This document shows, one piece after another, positions 57,120-64,000 of a DNA stretch of 64,000 nt; the first letter of the stretch is position 1; the number at the start of each line of letters is the position of its first letter. Under the pieces are notes generated by a model. It was not told the origin of the DNA, did not search any database, and was given only the letters and a program-made list of their open reading frames with translations. The DNA comes from the human T2T-CHM13v2.0 reference genome, Homo sapiens: NCBI RefSeq assembly GCF_009914755.1, contig NC_060936.1; one strand, given 5' to 3'. Made by a program: the position numbers and the translations under genes.

Positions 57120-57268
57120 TGTTACCCTGAGGCATCCGAACTCCCCTTCTTACTCACCATGGGGACTGCTTTAAGAGTACTCGGGTGTCCTCCAGCTAGT
57201 TTTCTGTTCCAAGCATCGCTTCAGCAACCCTTTGACCTGGATTTGAGCCCCCACGAATGGACGCCACT

Positions 57269-57784
57269 TGCGCGAGACCAGCTCGGTCAGGGAGACCCTA
57301 ACCCAGTGGCGCTAGAGGAATTAAAGACACACACACACAGAAATATAGAAGTGTGAAGTGGGAAATCAGGGGTCTCACAGCCTTCGGAGCTGGGAGCCCC
57401 AAACAGAGATTTACCCACGTATTTATTAACAGCAAACCAGTCATTAGCATTGTTTCTATAGATATTAAATTAACTAAAAGTATCCCTTTTGGGAAACTAA
57501 GGGAAGGGCCGAATTAAAGGAGTAGGTTGGGCTGGTTAACTGCAGCAGGAGCATGTTCTTAAGGCACAGATCGCTCATGCTATTGTTTGTGGCTTAAGAA
57601 TGCCTTTAAGTGGTTTTCCACCCTGGGCGGGCCAGGTGTTCCTTGCCCTCATTCCCGTAAACCCACAACCTTCCAGCTTGGGCGTTAGGGCCATTATGAA
57701 CATGTTACAGTGCTGCAGAGATTTTGTTTATGGCCAGTTTTGGGGCCAGTTTATGGCCAGATTTTGGGGGGCTTGCTCCCAACA
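57269..57784 (-). mobile_element. 5' LTR (MER9 family)
   Basis: begins TGTTGGGAGCAAGCCCCC...CTGGCCATAAACTGGCCCCAAAACTGGCC on the minus strand, ends CA, followed by PBS TGGCGTCCATTCGTGGGG. Confidence 0.88.
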
Positions 57785-58309
57785 AGGTGCTGATAGCTTT
57801 AAACTTCCCTCTTACTAGTGCTTGCACTGTATCCCATAGGTTTTGTTATGTTGTGTTTCTGCTATTTGTTTCAAGAAACTTTTCAGTTTCCTTCTTAATT
57901 TCTTCATTGACTTTGACCCACTGGTCATTCAGGAGCGTATTTAATCTCCATGTGTTTGTATCATTTCCAAAATTCCTCTTATTGATTTCTGGTTTTATTC
58001 AAAGATGCTTGATATTGTGGTAAAAAATGCTGGATATTTCAAATTTTTTGAGTATTTTAAGACTTATTTGTGACCTAACATATGGTCTGTCCTTGAGAAT
58101 AATCCATGTGCTAAGGGCAATAATGTGTATTCTGTAGCCTTTGGATGAAATGTTCTGTAAATATCTCTTAGGTCCATTTGTTCTATTAGGTCATCCTTAG
58201 TGTAGGTTAAGTCCAGTGTTTCTTTGTTGATTTTCTGTCTGGGAGATCTGTCCAGTGCTGAAAGTGGGGTGTTGAAGTCTCTAACTGTTATTGTATTGAG
58301 GTCTCTTTC

Positions 58310-58598
<289 letters not shown>

Positions 58599-59204
58599 GA
58601 GGTCTATCTCTTTAGCTATAATAATATTTGCTTTACATATTTGGGTGTTCCAGTGTTGGGTACATGTATATTTATAATTGCTATATCCTTTTGCTAGACT
58701 GACCCCTTTATCATTATGTAATAGCGATCTCTGTCTCTTCTTATAATTTTTGTCTTAAAATCTATTTTTTCTAATGTAAGTATAGCTACTACTTCTGCTC
58801 TTTTTTGGTTTCCATTGGCATGGAATATCTTTTTCCATCCATTTATTCTCAGTCTGTGTATCTTTATAGGTGAAGTGTGTTTCTTGTAGGCAGCAGATCA
58901 TTGGGTCTTATTTTTTCATGCATTTAGCCACTCTATGTCTTTTTATTGGAGAGTTTAGTTTATTTACATTCAGTGTTATTACTGATAAGTTGGGACTTAC
59001 TCCTGCCATTTTGTCATTTGTTTTCTGGTTGTTTTGCGGTCTTCTTTTACTTCTTCCCTTCCTTCCTTGTCTTCCCCTTAGTGAAGGTTATTTTCTCTGG
59101 TGGTATGACTTAATTTCTTGCTTTTTATTTTTTGTGTATCCGTTGTGTGTTTTTCAATTCGAGGCTACCATGAGGCTTGCAAATATTATTAATGTCTCAT
59201 AATC

Positions 59205-59513
<309 letters not shown>

Positions 59514-61355
59514 CATAACCCATTATTTTAAACTGATGACAACTTAACACTGATTGCATAAACAAACATGCAAAAAGAAAACTAATAAAAACTGTACACT
59601 TTAACTTCATCCCTCTGCTTTTTAACTTTTTGTTGTTTCTCTTTATGTCTTATTGTACTATGTCTTGAAAAGTTGTTGTAGTTATTATTTATATTGGCTT
59701 ATCATAACACTGTAATTATGGTATGTGGGAGTTTACATGCCACAATTACAGTGTTACAATATTCTGTGTTTTTCTGTATGCCTACTATTACCAGTGAGTT
59801 TTGTATCTTCAGATGATTTCTTCTTGCCGTTAACATCCTCTCTTCTTTCAGATGGAAGAACTCCTTTTAGCAGTTCCTGTAGGACAGGTCTGGTGTTGAT
59901 GAAATCTCTCAGCTTTTGCTTGTCTGGGAAGGTCTTTATTTCTCCTTCATGCTTGAAGGATATTTTTGCCGGATATAGTGTTCTAGGGTAAAAGTTTCTT
60001 TCCCTCAGCACTTTAAATATATCATTACCACTTTCTCCTAGCCTGTAAGGTTTTTCACTGAAAGGCCAGCTGCTAGATTTATTGGAGCTCCATTGTATGT
60101 TTTTTTTTTTTCTTTTCTCTTGCTGCTTTTAGGATCCTTTCTTTATCCTTGACCTTTGGGAGTTTTGTTATTAGATGCCTTGAGGTAGTCTTCTTTTGGT
60201 TAAATCTGCTTGGTGTTCTATAATCTTCTTGTACTTGAATGTTGATATCTTTCTCTAGGTTTGGCAAGTTTTCTGTTATTATTCCTTTGAATAAACTTTC
60301 TATCCGTATCTCTTTCTCTATGTCCTTTTTAAGGCCAATAACTCTAAGATTTTCCCTTTTGAGGCTATTTGCTAGATCTTGCAGGTGTGCTTCGTTTTGT
60401 TGTTGTTGTTGTTCTTTTTTCTTTTGTCTCCTCTGAGTATTTTCAAATAGCCTGTCTTCAAGCTCATTAATTCTTTCTTCTGTCTGATCAATTCTCTTAT
60501 TAAGAGACTCTAATGCATTGTTTAGTATTCAGTTGCATTTTCCAACTGTAGAGTTTCTGCTTGATTGTTTATAATTATTTCAGTCTCTTTGTTAAATTTA
60601 TCTGATAGAATGCTGAATTCCTTCTCTGTGTTATCTTGAATTTCCTTGAGTTTCATCAATATAGTTCTTTTGAATTCCCTGTCTGAAAGGTCACATATCT
60701 CTGTTTCTCCAGGATTGGTCCCTGGTACCTTATTTAGTTCTTTTGGTGAGGCCATGTTTTCCTGCATGATCTTGATGCTTGTAGATGTTTGTTGGTGTTT
60801 GGGCATTGACAAGCTAGGTATTTTTTATAGTCTTCGCAATCTGGGCTTGTTTGTGCCTGTCCTTCTTCAGAAGGCTTTCTAGGTATTCGAAGGAATTTGA
60901 GCCCCGAGTCCAATAATGCTGTGGTTTTTGCAGATTCATAGAAATACCACCTTGGTGGTCTTGGATAATAAAGATCTGGAAGAATTCTCTGGATTACGAG
61001 ACAAAGATTTGTTCTTTTTCCTCACTTTCTCCCAAACAAATGGAGTCTCTTTTTCTGTGCTGAGCCACCTTGAACTGGAGTGTGTTGATGTAAGCACCCC
61101 TCTGGCCATTACTGCTGAGACTGCTGGGTCAGACTTGAAGCCAGCACAGCACAGGGTCTCGCCCAAGGCCCGCTGTAACCACTACATGGCTGCCACCTAT
61201 GTTCACTCAGGGCCCTAGGGCTCTATAGTCAGCAGGTGGTGAAGCCAGCCAGGTTTGTATCCTCCCCTTCAGGGCAGCAAGTTCCCCCAGGTCCCAGGTG
61301 GGTACAGACATGTTGTCCGGAAGCCAGGGATTGGAGCAAAAAGCCTTAGAGATTT

Positions 61356-61823
<468 letters not shown>

Positions 61824-62125
61824 AAAAAACCTTAGAGATTTGCCTGATGTTCTATTCTGCAGCTATGCTGGCACTCAAACCACAATACAAAGTCCTTCCT
61901 GCTCTTCTCTCCTTTTTCCACAGGCAGGAAGCCTCTTCCTGTGGCCACCACCACAAGTCATTCTTACATACACAGATGTTAGTGTAGTAATGCAGCAAGG
62001 AATTCCCAGGGAAATCGGTTTTTTTTTTCCTGTATTTCTTCTGTAGCTTTGCCAAACAAACAAAACAAACAAGACCCCAAGGTCACTGATCCAAATCTGA
62101 ATCAGTGAAACGGTCTGATGAAACA

Positions 62126-62238
62126 CTTTTTTTTTTTTTTTTTGAGATGAGGTCTCTATGTTGCCCAGGATGGTCTCTAACTCCTGGGCTCATGTAATCC
62201 TGCCGCCTCCACCACCTGAGTAGCTGGGACTACAGGCT
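62126..62238 (-). mobile_element. Truncated Alu monomer
   Basis: poly-T then Alu text; flanked by ATGAAACACTTT. Confidence 0.75.
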
Positions 62239-63415
62239 AATGAAACACTTTGATAAGATAAATCGTAATCTGCTAGGAACTTTCTTCTGTTCAGTCCTTA
62301 AAATCTGAAGATGTTTAGAACAGATGGGCTTTTTGATGTAGCTCTCCAGAGGTAATTATTTTCTTTTTAAAACAGCTAGGATCATTCTCTTACTGATCAG
62401 ACATATGCTTCTCCAGCCTCATACAATCTCCCCTGTCCTCTGAGGGCTGCTGATTGTCTCTGTCCTCTTACCTTCACCATCTTAGAAGGTAGAGCCAAGT
62501 CTACATGGGTGATATGGTACAGTGAACAACATGGTTACTAAAGAGCTGGATTAGTTTTAAGCCACCCCATTAAGCCTGAACTGATGTGGAATAGTCACAA
62601 GAACGTAAGTCAGGGACATGAAGAAACCCTTTGCTGTAATCTACCATACCAGTTATTGTCCAGGGTGGAGCATGTAATCATATTTTTTATAACAATCTGA
62701 TTATACTTTCTGCCATTTTTTATTGGGAATTTGAACATTGCAGGTTAACTCATAAAACTGTGAAAGGGCAAGATAAACATAGGATACAATATATTTAATT
62801 AAGATAGCAAAACCTTTCTGTACTTTCTTACAATGGCTTGTAGGAGATCTGGAGCAGATCTTCAACTTGCTAATATTCAGTTAGGCCCAGATTTGGTATT
62901 TGGAAGAGGCAGTTTATTAGAATAATGGTGCTCCTACTCAAGGAAGAAACAGCATCTATAATACTTAGTGTGATCAGGGACTTGACTTTAATGAAATTTC
63001 AAATAGAAGTAAATTTGACTTACTTCGTCATGTGGACCAATTCTAGCCAAATATTGTGGATTTGAGATTAGGACCAGAAAACTCAGGGTCTACTTCGGAT
63101 GACAGTACCCCAGGAGGATCTGGTCTTTCTACTCTATGCTTGGAATGAACCAGGTGAGATGTTTGGGTCCCAGCCAGATTCTTGGGGTCATTGTAGATTC
63201 ACACAGACTTAAATGACTTCATCTTATCACCCACAGAAATAAGGATGAACCATAGCCAATTCATTTCATTCTACTTCTTGAAGTGAATAGGACTGTAGGA
63301 TCAAAGTTAAAGACTGTAATGAAGATCACACACTGGACTGTGTATCAAGTAAGGCCCAGATTTACCTTTATAGACTTAACTCACTCTATTTGCTTTTCTT
63401 TTTTTTTTTTTAAAG

Positions 63416-63548
63416 GCTACAACTGAGGTGGAAATTAAGAAGAAAGGCCCTGGATCTCTTTTAGTTTCCATGGACCAATTAGCCTCCTACGGGCGGAAGG
63501 ACAGAATCAACAGTATAATGAGTGTTGTTACAAATACACTAGTAGAAG
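63416..63548 (+). CDS. SCN8A: SCN8A coding exon 12 (133 bp)
   Basis: poly-T tract then aaAG acceptor; [44 protein letters not shown](E); AAG|GTATGT donor. Confidence 0.94.
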
Positions 63549-64000
63549 GTATGTGCCCTATAATGTCAGTCCAACCGCTGAGATATAAATATGTAATGTG
63601 CATGGTAAATATAATCCCTGTCCCTTGGTCTGAGTTTTGCAAAGACTGTCTCTGAGCTTTAGGAATGGAACGTATTCCTATATAGAAACTAGAATCACAA
63701 ATTCTCTTCCTAAATTTACATGCAGAGAATCAAATATATGGGCTTCAGATATGCTGCCAGCATTGTACACAGGTACGTAAGAGATAGGAAAGGACCTGCA
63801 TGAGTGACCTAGAGGAGCTCAAGACCCCTGTCATTGTCATCATGAGGAGTCAGTGGGGTGCTGTAAGGCATAAAGGAATGTAGACTGAAGAACTGCAAAG
63901 ATACAAAATCATAGAATTTCCCTCATGGTCTCTACCCCAAAACATACCTTCCTTTTTCCTTTTTAACTACTTACAGCCCTTTTGGTTTTCCCTTAAGGAA

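Larger units (their letters stand above)
51709..57784 (-). mobile_element. HERV-K class (HML-3 / HERVK9) provirus with internal deletions, ~6.1 kb
   Basis: two ~515-bp MER9-like LTRs, PBS, polypurine tract at 52224-52240, gag/dUTPase-pro/pol/env remnants in order; degenerate 6-bp TSD CAGTGC (51703-51708) / AGGTGC (57785-57790). Confidence 0.9.

Overview
Primate (almost certainly human) genomic DNA from inside SCN8A (voltage-gated sodium channel Nav1.6), + strand. The window holds coding exons 2-12 (domain I S1-S6 and most of the DI-DII loop). These include a U12-type AT-AC intron (1823-3897), the mutually exclusive exons 5N/5A and an alternative 33-nt donor on the CpG-rich loop exon. The introns contain an antisense HNRNPA3 processed pseudogene, a near full-length antisense L1MA-type element interrupted by a deleted HERV-K (HML-3/HERVK9, MER9 LTRs) provirus, about 30 Alus and older LTR/DNA-transposon relics. 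The most unexpected observations are: (i) U2-type splice sites overlapping the AT-AC intron that would give an in-frame +7 aa or a poison product; (ii) a candidate 17-nt GC-donor poison microexon in intron 3; (iii) a TSD-flanked chimeric insertion at 61356-61823 that copies 95 bp of local intron plus an Alu from 28.5 kb upstream; (iv) a 192-bp local duplication 1350 bp apart. All identifications are by eye and from recall. Repeat subfamily names and repeat boundaries are approximate and no database search was run.
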